Below, piece by piece: positions 13,213 through 24,565 of a stretch of 36,245 nucleotides of DNA. Source of the stretch: Octopus bimaculoides (Eukaryota); contig NC_069001.1 of assembly GCF_001194135.2 (NCBI RefSeq), positions 12,228,465-12,264,709 of the forward strand, in the 5' to 3' direction. A program made the position numbers and the translations under genes. The notes under the pieces were generated by a model that ran no database searches, had not been told where the DNA came from, and saw only the letters and a list, made by a program, of their open reading frames with translations. The stretch's first letter is position 1; every line of letters starts with the position of its first letter.

Positions 13213-13292
13213 TAGTCGAGCAAATCACCCCAGGACTTATTCTTTGTAAGCCTAGTACTTATTCTATCGATTTATTTTGCCGAACCGCTAGA
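13213..13292 (-). mobile_element. SINE family B internal fragment
   Basis: ttagtcgagcaaatcaccccaggacttattctttgtaagcctagtacttattctatcg is nearly identical to 32837-32890. Confidence 0.85.
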
Positions 13293-14235
13293 TTATAAGA
13301 AATACGATTTAAATATAAATAATANNNNNNNNNNNNNNNNNNNNNNNNNNNNNNNNNNNNNNNNNNNNNNNNNNNNNNNNNNNNNNNNNNNNNNNNNNNN
13401 NNNNNNNNNNNNNNNNNNNNNNNNNNNNNNNNNNNNNNNNNNNNNNNNNNNNNNNNNNNNNNNNNNNNNNNNNNNNNNNNNNNNNNNNNNNNNNNNNNNN
13501 NNNNNNNNNNNNNNNNNNNNNNNNNNNNNNNNNNNNNNNNNNNNNNNNNNNNNNNNNNNNNNNNNNNNNNNNNNNNNNNNNNNNNNNNNNNNNNNNNNNN
13601 NNNNNNNNNNNNNNNNNNNNNNNNNNNNNNNNNNNNNNNNNNNNNNNNNNNNNNNNNNNNNNNNNNNNNNNNNNNNNNNNNNNNNNNNNNNNNNNNNNNN
13701 NNNNNNNNNNNNNNNNNNNNNNNNNNNNNNNNNNNNNNNNNNNNNNNNNNNNNNNNNNNNNNNNNNNNNNNNNNNNNNNNNNNNNNNNNNNNNNNNNNNN
13801 NNNNNNNNNNNNNNNNNNNNNNNNNNNNNNNNNNNNNNNNNNNNNNNNNNNNNNNNNNNNNNNNNNNNNNNNNNNNNNNNNNNNNNNNNNNNNNNNNNNN
13901 NNNNNNNNNNNNNNNNNNNNNNNNNNNNNNNNNNNNNNNNNNNNNNNNNNNNNNNNNNNNNNNNNNNNNNNNNNNNNNNNNNNNNNNNNNNNNNNNNNNN
14001 NNNNNNNNNNNNNNNNNNNNNNNNNNNNNNNNNNNNNNNNNNNNNNNNNNNNNNNNNNNNNNNNNNNNNNNNNNNNNNNNNNNNNNNNNNNNNNNNNNNN
14101 NNNNNNNNNNNNNNNNNNNNNNNNNNNNNNNNNNNNNNNNNNNNNNNNNNNNNNNNNNNNNNNNNNNNNNNNNNNNNNNNNNNNNNNNNNNNNNNNNNNN
14201 NNNNNNNNNNNNNNTGTATATATATACATATTTTT

Positions 14236-14382
14236 ACTCTTTTACTTGTTTCACTCATTTGACTGCGGGCATGCTGGAACACCGCCTTTAGTCGAGAAAA
14301 TCGCCCCAGGACTCATTCTTTGTAAGCCTATTACTTATCCTATCGATCTCTTTTTTGCCGAACCGTTAAGTTACGGGGACGT

Positions 14383-14387
<5 letters not shown>
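14236..14387 (-). mobile_element. SINE family B, 3' half ending at its internal (CA)n
   Basis: Collinear with 32780-32935; the 5' half is absent beyond the microsatellite. Confidence 0.88.
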
Positions 14388-14465
<78 letters not shown>

Positions 14466-15091
14466 AATATAACAGAGTAAGCACATATATGTTATGCACC
14501 TATCACATGCTTATTTTCAAAAGATGAATCTATTCTCCGACTAAATAAAAGTAAAGTTTTGTCTCGAAGACGGCGTCTGTTTCGTTTTTGTTGTTGTTGT
14601 TGATATTATTGATAGCAGTGATACTGTGGCTTGCGGTACTGGTGGTTCTAATATCAATGCTTTATTCCTGCGTCATTGATGGATACCAGTAATGAATGTT
14701 TGATATATGAATACATCATTAATTTTTCTATCTCTTACTTTGATGCACGAGGTTTATAATTTACATCGAAATTATTCGAAAACAACGTGATCTCGGCCTT
14801 TGGATATCATCTTATATTGAACATGCATCCATCAATTACTTTAACTCGTGTCTCAGACATAACCACATCAGAATATTCAAAAGATATATTTAAGATTGCG
14901 CTAGAAACCATCTTATAAATTTTCGTTCTGTGAGTTTTATTAATGTCACTAGCCGAAATTACGATTGGAGTTTACTCTTGTGTAATTATATTTTCCCTTT
15001 TTTTTTTTTGTTATTCGCTTCAAGATTTAACATTCCGATGCAATAAAGTTATACGTAACTCTGACAATCTTAATACGAAACTTTTGAATTG

Positions 15092-15132
<41 letters not shown>

Positions 15133-15292
15133 GTATATATATGTATATATGAATATGTATATATATATATATATATGTATTTATGTATATATGTATATAT
15201 ATGTATATATATATATGTATACATATGTGAGTGCATGTGTGTTGGATACCTATACGTATACACATGTAAGAAAACTGCATCTTTATGGATGC

Positions 15293-15340
<48 letters not shown>

Positions 15341-15353
15341 GTGTATATGTATG

Positions 15354-15385
<32 letters not shown>

Positions 15386-16360
15386 CAGGTATACATATGA
15401 ATATATATCCATCATTTACCTACATACGTGTAAATGTGTATGTATGTATGTGGGTATGTACCTTTGTGTGTTTCTATCACTAAGTGTTAGTTTCAATTGC
15501 ATTGTTTATCGTTTGTCTACTGATTTTGTTTTTTTTTCTTTTATTTTTCACTTCATTTACTAAGAAATAAAATACTTGGTAAAAGATCTAAAATATGCAC
15601 AAAAAAAAAAAAAGGAAAAAAATTAGCGGATCCTGTCAAAGTGTTACGATGTCGCTCATTAACCCAGGCAAACATTGCCGTCAGCCATTTTGACAGGGAG
15701 AAAGTATCTATCAGTCAGCTTGTTAAGAAAATTACTGCACGTTTCGTTTTTTTTCCAGGAAAATGGCCGAACTTCCATTTAATGCTTCAATTACATACAC
15801 ACGTCAATAGTTATGGCCTTTTCCCTTCACTATCACTTTCCATTCTCACTGTATCACTGTCTATCCATCATCTCTCTCTCTCTCTCTCTCTCTNNNNNNN
15901 NNNNNNNNNNNNNNNNNNNNNNNNNNNNNNNNNNNNNNNNNNNNNNNNNNNNNNNNNNNNNNNNNNNNNNNNNNNNNNNNNNNNNNNNNNNNNNNNNNNN
16001 NNNNNNNNNNNNNNNNNNNNNNNNNNNNNNNNNNNNNNNNNNNNNNNNNNNNNNNNNNNNNNNNNNNNNNNNNNNNNNNNNNNNNNNNNNNNNNNNNNNN
16101 NNNNNNNNNNNNNNNNNNNNNNNNNNNNNNNNNNNNNNNNNNNNNNNNNNNNNNNNNNNNNNNNNNNNNNNNNNNNNNNNNNNNNNNNNNNNNNNNNNNN
16201 NNNNNNNNNNNNNNNNNNNNNNNNNNNNNNNNNNNNNNNNNNNNNNNNNNNNNNNNNNNNNNNNNNNNNNNNNNNNNNNNNNNNNNNNNNNNNNNNNNNN
16301 NNNNNNNNNNNNNNNNNNNNNNNNNNNNNNNNNNNNNNNNNNNNCATTATTATTAGTATT

Positions 16361-16580
16361 AGGGGGTGAGCTGGAAGGATCGTTAGCACGCCGGGCAAAA
16401 TAGTTAGCCTCATTTCGTATGTCTGTACGTTCAGATTTCAAATTCCTCGGAGGTCGACCTTGCTTTTCATCCTTTCGGTGTCGATATATTCAGTACCAGT
16501 GTAACACTGGGGGCTATTTAATCGACTACTCTCTTCCTATCATATATCTGGTCTTGTCTCTTTAGTAGAAAAGATTATTA
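16361..16580 (+). mobile_element. SINE family A, diverged monomer
   Basis: gggggtgagctgga head, ttcaaattcctcggaggtcgac, cctttcggtgtcgata, end tagtagaaaagattatt. Confidence 0.85.
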
Positions 16581-16627
16581 TTATTATTATCATTATCCTC
16601 ATCATTATTATTATTATTATTATTATT

Positions 16628-16957
16628 TGATGAAAACTCTCAGCATATTTTGCTGGGTATAATCGAAAATGTCAGCTGTTCACAGCAAGCAGATGGAGGA
16701 GACACTTGTTTACTGGTCATGCTTCAAGAACAGTGCGAAAAATTCTCGAAGTTTAAAGCAATACTGATTTTTGTAGGAGTTCCATCTTTGCATTTGCACC
16801 AATTTTTTGAGCCATATCGTAGTTGTGTGCTGATACTTCCAAGTGCACAAATTACTAATGGTATCACGTCAATTCTTCGCATTGACCACAACCTTTGTAT
16901 TCCCCCGCTTCAAATCGTCGTAATTGCTCAGTTTTGCTTCTTCCTCATTGATTTTAT
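16628..16957 (-). mobile_element. 3' end of an RLE-type (R4/Dong-like) non-LTR retrotransposon
   Basis: Minus strand with two frameshifts: KINEEEAKLSNYDDLKR / IQRLWSMRRIDVIPLVICALGSI / WLKKIGANAKMELLQKSVLL*TSRIFRTVLEA*. This is the typical RLE C-terminus (K..KY..L, VIP.VIGALG, LQK..LLGT.RI.R), followed by a short 3' UTR and (TAA)n. Confidence 0.85.
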
Positions 16958-16972
16958 CATTATTATTATTAT

Positions 16973-17004
<32 letters not shown>

Positions 17005-17130
17005 TAGGTAGCAGACGAAATTTTTGGAAGTATTTCTTTCAACTTTCTGATCCGAGTTCCACCGGTGTGGACTTCGCTTTTACTCCTTTCGGGACTTGAT
17101 TAAATATATACCAGCATCGCCGTCGATAAG
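17005..17130 (+). mobile_element. SINE family A, old fragment
   Basis: gacgaaat...gtatttc, ttccaccggtgtggacttcgcttttactcctttcgggac...taccag aligns to the family A core. Confidence 0.6.
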
Positions 17131-17149
17131 TAAGCAAAAGAAAAGTATA

Positions 17150-17220
<71 letters not shown>

Positions 17221-17578
17221 ACACACACACACATATATGTATGATATGTTTTGAATTTATGTAAGTAAATCCCATAAAACACAACAATTTATTTAAAAAT
17301 AGAGAAGAGTTGTTAAAATATATAAGAGAATTTTAATTCATGCAGACGATCGCTTTGTACAAAGATATAAAAATAATGCAAATTCATGATTGAATTGAAT
17401 TAAATTAAATTAATTAAATAAATTAATTATATATCAATGTACTCTTAGTGCAAGAAGTATAAACAAATTTTTTACAAAGAACTCGAGAAAAGAAATAGTA
17501 ATATTATTTAGGAGATTCATATTTATCCTTTTGAGAAAAAGAGATGCGAGTCTAGTTAGGTATTAGACATTAATTATA

Positions 17579-18195
17579 TCATGTCATCCCATAAGTTATG
17601 TTCGAATTTTGATTAATGAAAACAAGTGATCAAATGTTATATTTAATTGAAATTTAATCATGAATGTACTTTCCCTGATTATCTATGACTTCCTTCCATC
17701 TATTTACAAGCTTTTTAATCCCATCAATGTAAAACTCTTTTGCTTTCAAAGTGAAGAACTCTGAAATGTCAGTTTCGACCTCCTCCTCGCTTGCGAGATT
17801 TATGTCCCCCAAATTGTAAACTACGAAACAAACGGTAGTCTGAAAGAGCAAGGCCAGAAGAATAAGGTGGATTAGAAATTCTTTTCCCAAACAAGCTCTT
17901 CGATCTTCTGTGATGTGATCTTTGTAGTGTAGGGTCGCGCATTTCCTGATGAAATTTTCGATTCACTAAAGCGGGTCCTTTTTCTTAAAAGCTTGGTTCA
18001 AATGCTCCAATAGCTGACAGTAGATTTGAACATTGATTGTTTCATTAGGTGGTAACAATTCAAAGTGAGTTACTCCTTTGCAATCCCGCCAGATAGAGAG
18101 AAGAATCTTTTCCCCATGAATTTCTCTTCTCAGTTGTGGTTGAGCTTTTTCCCTTTGTACAAACGTCAGGTAAGGGTCCTTGAACGCTTTCATTA
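17579..18195 (-). mobile_element. Mariner transposon remnant (transposase C-terminal half plus one putative TIR)
   Basis: IHGEKILLSIWRDCKGVTHFELLPPNETIN; frameshifted FHQ-NARP; PPYSSGLALSDYRLFRSL (YSPDLAPSDY motif); EFYIDGIKKLVNRWKEVIDNQGKYIHD*. TIR-like tcatgtcatcccataagttatgttcgaatttt follows a TA at 17577-17578. Confidence 0.9.
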
Positions 18196-18199
18196 GAGA

Positions 18200-18772
18200 T
18201 GCCTCAGACACATTCTCAATTTTGGCTGGACCTCAAAAATTCCAGTCACACAGGTCCTGAGAACAGCTTATATCTTGAGTATTGAGGCAATGGTGCACAA
18301 GCACCGCTTACGTTGGACTGGACACCTTATTAGAAAGAAGGATAGCAGGGTTCCTAAGCAGATGCTATATGGAGAACTTGTGAATGGAAGGAGACTTCGG
18401 CAGAAACCAAGGCTGCGATTTAAGGACTGTGTCAAGTCCTCATTATAGGCCTGTGATATGCAGGACACTGACTGGGAAAACAATGCCTGTCATCGCCACA
18501 TATGGAGGAAGCAGGTTAAGGAGGGGATCGATACTTTTGAGAGAGCACGTATCCAGCATGAACAACTTAAGCGAGCTGCACGAAAGCGCATGGCTCGAAT
18601 AGTGAATGGGGAAAGCTTGGTCTGCAATGTTTGCAGTCGTGTATGCTTGTGAAGAGCAGGGCTCATTAGCCACCAACAGAGCCGCAAATGCAAAATATAA
18701 GTTAGTCCTAGAGCGCAACATGTTTCTGAAGGTCGGCAATGGTCTTCCTCGGTCACGAGTGGATGGCCATCA
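18200..18772 (+). mobile_element. RTE/BovB-like LINE 3' end (5'-truncated) with C-terminal zinc-finger-like motif
   Basis: One frame from 18212: RLRWTGHLIR..DSRVPKQMLYGELVNGRR...PRLRFKDCVK, with stops at 18446 and 18650, then CNVCSRVCL*RAGLISHQ; short 3' UTR ending in (AT)n. Confidence 0.9.
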
Positions 18773-18835
18773 TATATATATATATGCATGTGTGCATGTG
18801 TGCAAGTGTATACACATATGCACATACATACACAC

Positions 18836-18975
18836 GACGTCCTTTCGTAAGATTTCCACTCCGTCCACCAAAATCCGTTCACATTGCATCAAGTACTTTA
18901 TCCTGGAGGCCAAGTTTGAAGAAACCCGACACACACACACTTGCAACCCTGAACTACGCGGTTCGCGAACTTCTG
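18836..18975 (-). mobile_element. Highly diverged family-B-like SINE 5' half
   Basis: gacgtcctttc...ccgtccaccaaaatcc...gacac...cttgc...ctgaac loosely follows the family B order and sits next to a TA/CA microsatellite as in other copies. Confidence 0.35.
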
Positions 18976-19784
18976 AAGAATTCGCATAATTCTTACTCCG
19001 TCTTTAATTATTTATTTATTTATATTCTAATCAATTGTCTATTCTTCCTCGAGATTGAGACTGAAATTTGACGCGATTAAAGATGTTCTGCTCGAGTTAT
19101 TTTGATTTATGTCTTGCTTTTTTCTCTAAACTTTGTTCTGTTAATTTAAATAAAGTTACTGTCTAAATATAAACGCCGTATGATTATTTCACTAGAAACT
19201 GCCATATATAATGATATCAAATCTTAAAAATTTCATAAATCTCAGCAAATACAAGTTTAAAACTCACAGCTTTACAATTTCAATTATTAACTTGTCAAAA
19301 AGCTGTTAAAAGTGCAATTTATATTCTTGTTGTTAAACAGCAATAACGACATTAGTAATAACAACGATTTATACTTTGCCATAATTCTTAAAGTATAAGA
19401 CTATATAACTTCAAGTGGAGAATATATTTCTATTGTCAGGCCTAACTCGTTCTGAGTTCAAACACAACTCAGATCAGCTTTAATATTTAATTAATGCTAC
19501 ATAGGTCACACAGTACAAAGGACATGGTGAGATTCTACAGTTATGAGATCTTTCGGCACGGCCCTTTTGGTGCCGCCTATTTGGCGTTTCTGATATAGTT
19601 AATATCAGACATTTTATTGTATCTCACATTTCCCTCGCATTTTACCTTTCCCCTTCTCAGTGTGTTTATGTGTGTAGGAATATTTTTTGTTACGTGTACG
19701 AGGTGATGAGCGTTAACGTCCCTATTTCTCTCTCAGTCATCCTATCTATCTATCTATCTATATATATATATGTCGATCCAAACA

Positions 19785-19975
19785 TGAACAGGCAAGAAAA
19801 TACACGAAAAAACAACAACGCGAGGACGTGGAATAAGTAGTGTATTGGACGCTTAGGAAAGAAAAGAAAAGAAAAAGGAATTCCCGTTTCGAAAGGAGCG
19901 CTTCATCAGAAATATAGAAAAGTACAAAGGAGGGAAAACTGAGAAAGAAAATTGCCAACGATGCTCACGCGGTCA
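19785..19975 (-). mobile_element. Penelope-like terminal-repeat relic (family E), copy 1
   Basis: Shares caagaaaa, gacgtg, gacgcttag, gtttcga and ccaac in the same order with 21500-21670; contains a hammerhead-like core on the minus strand. Confidence 0.5.
19883..19909 (-). ncRNA. Degenerate hammerhead-ribozyme-like core
   Basis: Minus strand CTGATGA-a-gcgctcctttc-GAAAC-ggg: conserved boxes intact, stem II mostly unpaired, no NUH site. Confidence 0.35.
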
Positions 19976-20039
19976 CTCAAACACACACACACACACACAC
20001 ATATATATATCTGTAAATAGTATGTGACAATGATTCGGT

Positions 20040-20300
20040 AGTCATGATAAAACTCCGAGTTTCGGATTCCGGAGCGGAAACACACGCCGCCATCTCTTCA
20101 GTTATCTGGCCATTGACAAATATAGATATATATCGGCGTGCACGTGTGAGTGTGTGTCTGTGCACGTGTTTACGCGGCGCGCGTATGTTTCCTTCTGGAG
20201 CCAATATATACCATGAACAAAGCAGGCTGCGCAAAACTGTCGTCCTGCAAACTGATTTGGCAATCATCTCCTTTCGGACATCTACAATATCGATTTGCGC
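20040..20300. promoter_or_regulatory. CpG-rich promoter-like island
   Basis: About 20 CpGs in 260 bp against an AT-rich background; YY1-like GAGATGGCGGC (minus, 20086-20096), two CACGTG (20141, 20163), GCGCGCG, CCAAT (20201). Confidence 0.35.
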
Positions 20301-20499
20301 TATTTTAATTCTCATTTTAATTTCAATATATTTCAATCACTTGATAACCAGATCACTATTTCATCGCTCTTGCAGTGTTTTGTTCTCTATGATTTATTCT
20401 TACATATCAATCATATTTTATTATTCAATCAACTTGTTATCATACACGTAATAAAGTTTTAGCAAACGACAGTGATTTTCCAATGTGAGTGTGTTGGAG

Positions 20500-20795
20500 A
20501 GCCCTACACTGAAATCTGCGCTTGAGCCCGACACAGAATGATGGCACGAATTACTTCGGTCTCCATGGCGTGCAATTCACCGAGACTACTCTACGTTCCA
20601 TGGCAAGGCCACCATTTCGTCGGGAGGACAGCCTCTCAGTTATTGCTGGAAATCATGTACGGCTGAGTGGACTGGAGTAACTTTAAATCCAGTGTTTTGC
20701 TCACGAGCACAATATACTGCTCTGTCTGGAAATCGAAACCACGTTCTTGCGACTATGGTTAGAATGCCCTTACTACTGGACCATGCGCCTTCACG
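20500..20795 (-). mobile_element. tRNA-headed SINE related to family C
   Basis: Minus-strand head gtgaaggcgcatggtccagtagtaagggcatt...gtggtttcgatttcc (A/B-box-like), then gtgctcgtgagcaaaacact. Confidence 0.7.
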
Positions 20796-21400
20796 ATCAT
20801 TCAAAGTGGTGTACACTTAACATCTGTAAAATACGTTATTCCTTATTTATAAGGCAGTTAAATGTTGGCGCTGCTTTTCATGTGTGTATTACTGATACGA
20901 TATTTATTACTTGTGATTGATTTCCTTTCTTTTCTTTTCCCATAAGTGGTACGTTTATTAGTGATATAATTAAGGAGAACCGCCTCTGTATAGTATCGTT
21001 ATTTACTTTATAGATGTTATTTATTAGTCAGATCAGAGAAAGCAAACAGGTTATTAAAGGCTCTAAAATTTCTGATGTTTCCTAATTTCATTTTCAAAAG
21101 AATTTCGTGGTTAGCACTGAGTCTAAGGATACATTTTCGAAGGGAAAGGGTGTCACTTGTGTAATCCTATGTGCGAAGGTGGGAGTTTTGTTGTCCTAAT
21201 GTTATAATATTAGGTTTGACTTTGCTGAGTTCAGATTTAAATGGAAGCGAGACATACGTTGCATGCACTTCACTGCGTCATTTAATGTCATACATACCTT
21301 TCTATCTATCTATCTGTCTGGCTGTCTTTCTATCTGTGTGTGTCTGCCTGTCTGTCTCTCTATGTATGTATGTATATATATATATATATTTTCTCTCTCC

Positions 21401-21452
<52 letters not shown>

Positions 21453-21499
21453 CTACCTACCTATCTACCTACATACATACATAGGCAAATGACGAAATA

Positions 21500-21670
21500 A
21501 AAGCAAAAACAAGAAAAACTACAGAATTCAAAACGACGTGCTCAGTAAAAGCATTAGGCTGACGCTTAGTTTAAGATGGAAAAATGATGGGGTGTAACGT
21601 TTCGAGCATGGCTTTTCGTAAGCAAGTAGAGAGAGGAATGTCCCAGAGAGGAGGAAAAGAATGGTCCAAC
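21500..21670 (-). mobile_element. Penelope-like terminal-repeat relic (family E), copy 2
   Basis: Collinear motifs with 19785-19975; contains aacgtttcgagcatggcttttcgtaag. Confidence 0.5.
21596..21622 (-). ncRNA. Degenerate hammerhead-ribozyme-like core
   Basis: Minus strand CTTACGA-a-AAGC-cat-GCTC-GAAAC-GTT: one core substitution relative to CUGACGA, 3-bp stem II remaining, palindromic ACGT stem III, GUU site. Confidence 0.45.
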
Positions 21671-22866
21671 ATAAATACTTGTGTCCAGACATTGTTGTAT
21701 ATGTAATGGATGCATTATCTATTCTATATTACGCAAACCTGAAACGTGCACACGAAATAATTTTTTTAAGATATCACAACTTGCTTAAGTCAGTACGTTG
21801 GCCAGTCACATATGGGATTTGGCGTCTAACGGCACTCCAAATACGATAAAGTATAAAATAGTCGACATTCTCGCAGTATATGTCAACGGATCAAAAAATC
21901 TAGGTTATGCGTAGCTGGAACGACTCAGATCATTTCCAGATCTAAGTACTGTAACATAATGCTAAATTCTAGATCCGAAATTTTCAGTAATTGTAAACGT
22001 ATAGTTAATTCCTGTTGGTGAAATAGAAAGTACCACTCTCTCCGGGTTAAGCAGCTGTACCACAAATTCTAGACCTCTATCCTTTCAGTCTCATATTTTT
22101 ACGGTCATAGGGGCCATAGCTCCATTTCTCCCACATTTGCTTCTTTATGTATACTTTTTCGTTTTCCGGTTTTTCAGAATTCTACTTTTTATGCCTGCTT
22201 CTTTCTTGCCTTTTCTCGTTTTGATCATCATACCAACGTATTTTTAGTTTGTTATGGCATCTGAGTATTGCTTGAAAATTGGGATAAGGCACAAGTCGTG
22301 TTAAAAATAATGCCCGAGATACTTTGATCGCATGAAACGAAGAGTAGCACATAAAAACATATATTGTGTTTGTTAAATAATATTACATCATACCAGATCG
22401 AGTACTTCTTTTGTTTATCTTACCAACAAAGAACATAGAGCTATATATATATATATATATATATATNNNNNNNNNNNNNNNNNNNNNNNNNNNNNNNNNN
22501 NNNNNNNNNNNNNNNNNNNNNNNNNNNNNNNNNNNNNNNNNNNNNNNNNNNNNNNNNNNNNNNNNNNNNNNNNNNNNNNNNNNNNNNNNNNNNNNNNNNN
22601 NNNNNNNNNNNNNNNNNNNNNNNNNNNNNNNNNNNNNNNNNNNNNNNNNNNNNNNNNNNNNNNNNNNNNNNNNNNNNNNNNNNNNNNNNNNNNNNNNNNN
22701 NNNNNNNNNNNNNNNNNNNNNNNNNNNNNNNNNNNNNNNNNNNNNNNNNNNNNNNNNNNNNNNNNNNNNNNNNNNNNNNNNNNNNNNNNNNNNNNNNNNN
22801 NNNNNNNNNNNNNNNNNNNNNNNNNNNNNNNNNNNNNNNNNNNNNNNNNNNNNNNNNNNNNNNNNN

Positions 22867-22902
<36 letters not shown>

Positions 22903-23348
22903 TTACTCATATACACACATACGTATATATATATATACTTATAGATATATATATATATACATATATATATAGGTATATATAAATTTATATTTGTACACAC
23001 AGATACACACACATACATACACACACACACGCATATGTATATCATACAATTTCATCAAACATATACACAGTAAAAACACTTACACTCGTAGTAACACATA
23101 CCCAGCAACAATAAAGAAAAAACACTTCTATTTTTATTATTCTTTGTTATGACTGATGTATATTAATATACGCGGGTGTCTCTCCTCATATCTTTTCCCT
23201 TCATATATTTCCATATATGATTTTCTTTATATTAACTGTGTTTCTTTTGGGTGATATTGATAATCTGTATTTTTGCACCCATCTCCCTCTCCATCTCTCT
23301 CCTGCTGTCTTTTTCGTTCCTTCTCTACAGCTTTCAAATGTGTTTGTG

Positions 23349-23400
<52 letters not shown>

Positions 23401-23424
23401 TACACATACACACATATATATTTC

Positions 23425-23635
23425 TTTTGTTACTTGATACAATCATCGACTTGAGGCCATACTGAGGCCTTAAGTGTTTAGTCGAAGAAATCGACCCCCA
23501 GGACTTGCTTTTGGGGCCAGGATACATATACTGTCGGTTACCTGTATCAGCCCGCTAGGTTACGGGAATATTAGGAAAATCTATCACCATATGTCAAACA
23601 GTTGTGAGGCAAACACAAAAAAGATACAAACACCC
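23425..23635 (-). mobile_element. SINE family B, diverged 3' half
   Basis: ttagtcgaagaaatcgacccccaggactt and ccgctaggttacggg align to family B; ends at (CA)n. Confidence 0.7.
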
Positions 23636-23641
23636 GGTGAT

Positions 23642-23678
<37 letters not shown>

Positions 23679-23684
23679 TACACT

Positions 23685-24003
23685 GGTTTCATTGATCTGA
23701 GTGCAGTCATGCTATAGCACCGCTTTATTCGAACAAGTCGACCCAAAGGACGTATTCTTTGTAAGCCTAGTACCTATTCTATCGGTCTCTTGTGCCGAAC
23801 CGTTCAAGTTACGGGGACGTAAGCACCAACATCTGTTGTCGAGCGATCGTGGGGCAACTAACACAGACACAGGAATATATACATATTTATATACAACGGG
23901 TTCTTTCAGTTTGCAAATCCACTCAATAGGCTGTGTTCGGCCTCAGTAGAAGACACCTGCCCAAGTTACCACGCAGTGGGACTGAACTCCGAACAATGTG
24001 GAT
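23685..24003 (-). mobile_element. SINE family B, near full length
   Basis: Collinear with 32780-33197, including gtaagcctagtacctattctatcggtctc and cccaagttaccacgcagtgggactgaac. Confidence 0.88.
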
Positions 24004-24372
24004 GCAACGTGATGCAAAGGCTGAAAGAACTCAGAGAGGAGTATCGCTTATGAACGTGTGGCAGCGGCAAGACACGCACTTTGTGCTTGAGTGAAGCGTG
24101 GGAAATGGCGGGGTAGGGAGTCAGACGCGATACTGAATTTGAAGATGTTGAAGAAGAGGACTACGGGTAAGTTGTAGGAGAGCCTCGTCATTATAAAATG
24201 ATAAGAGGTTTCAAACCCCATTCTAAAAAAGAACATTGTTTTCGGGAGTTGGCGGTCGGCGGGCGCCGTTCGTTTGCCTCATTAATATTTTTATATTCAT
24301 TTCATCCCATTAATATAATTGTCCAGCCCGCAGTTACTCTATGTAATGTCCCTGTGGCAAATTGTATGAAAT

Positions 24373-24530
24373 AAAGTAGCTTGCTTACCAACCACATAGT
24401 TCCGGGTTCAGTCCCACTGCATGGCACCTTGGGCAAGTGTCTTCTACAATAGCCTCGGGCCGACCAAAGTCTTGTGAGTGGATTTGGTAGACGGAAATTG
24501 AAAGAAGCCCGTCGTNNNNNNNNNNATATA

Positions 24531-24565
<35 letters not shown>

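Noticed and set aside
2942-15657. Shared 12-mer acgatgtcgctc at 2942 and 15646
   Set aside because: Flanks do not align; isolated 12-mer matches are expected by chance in a window this size.
19554-19586. GC-rich double hairpin as a Helitron 3' end
   Set aside because: No CTRR terminus at the expected distance and no other Helitron feature.
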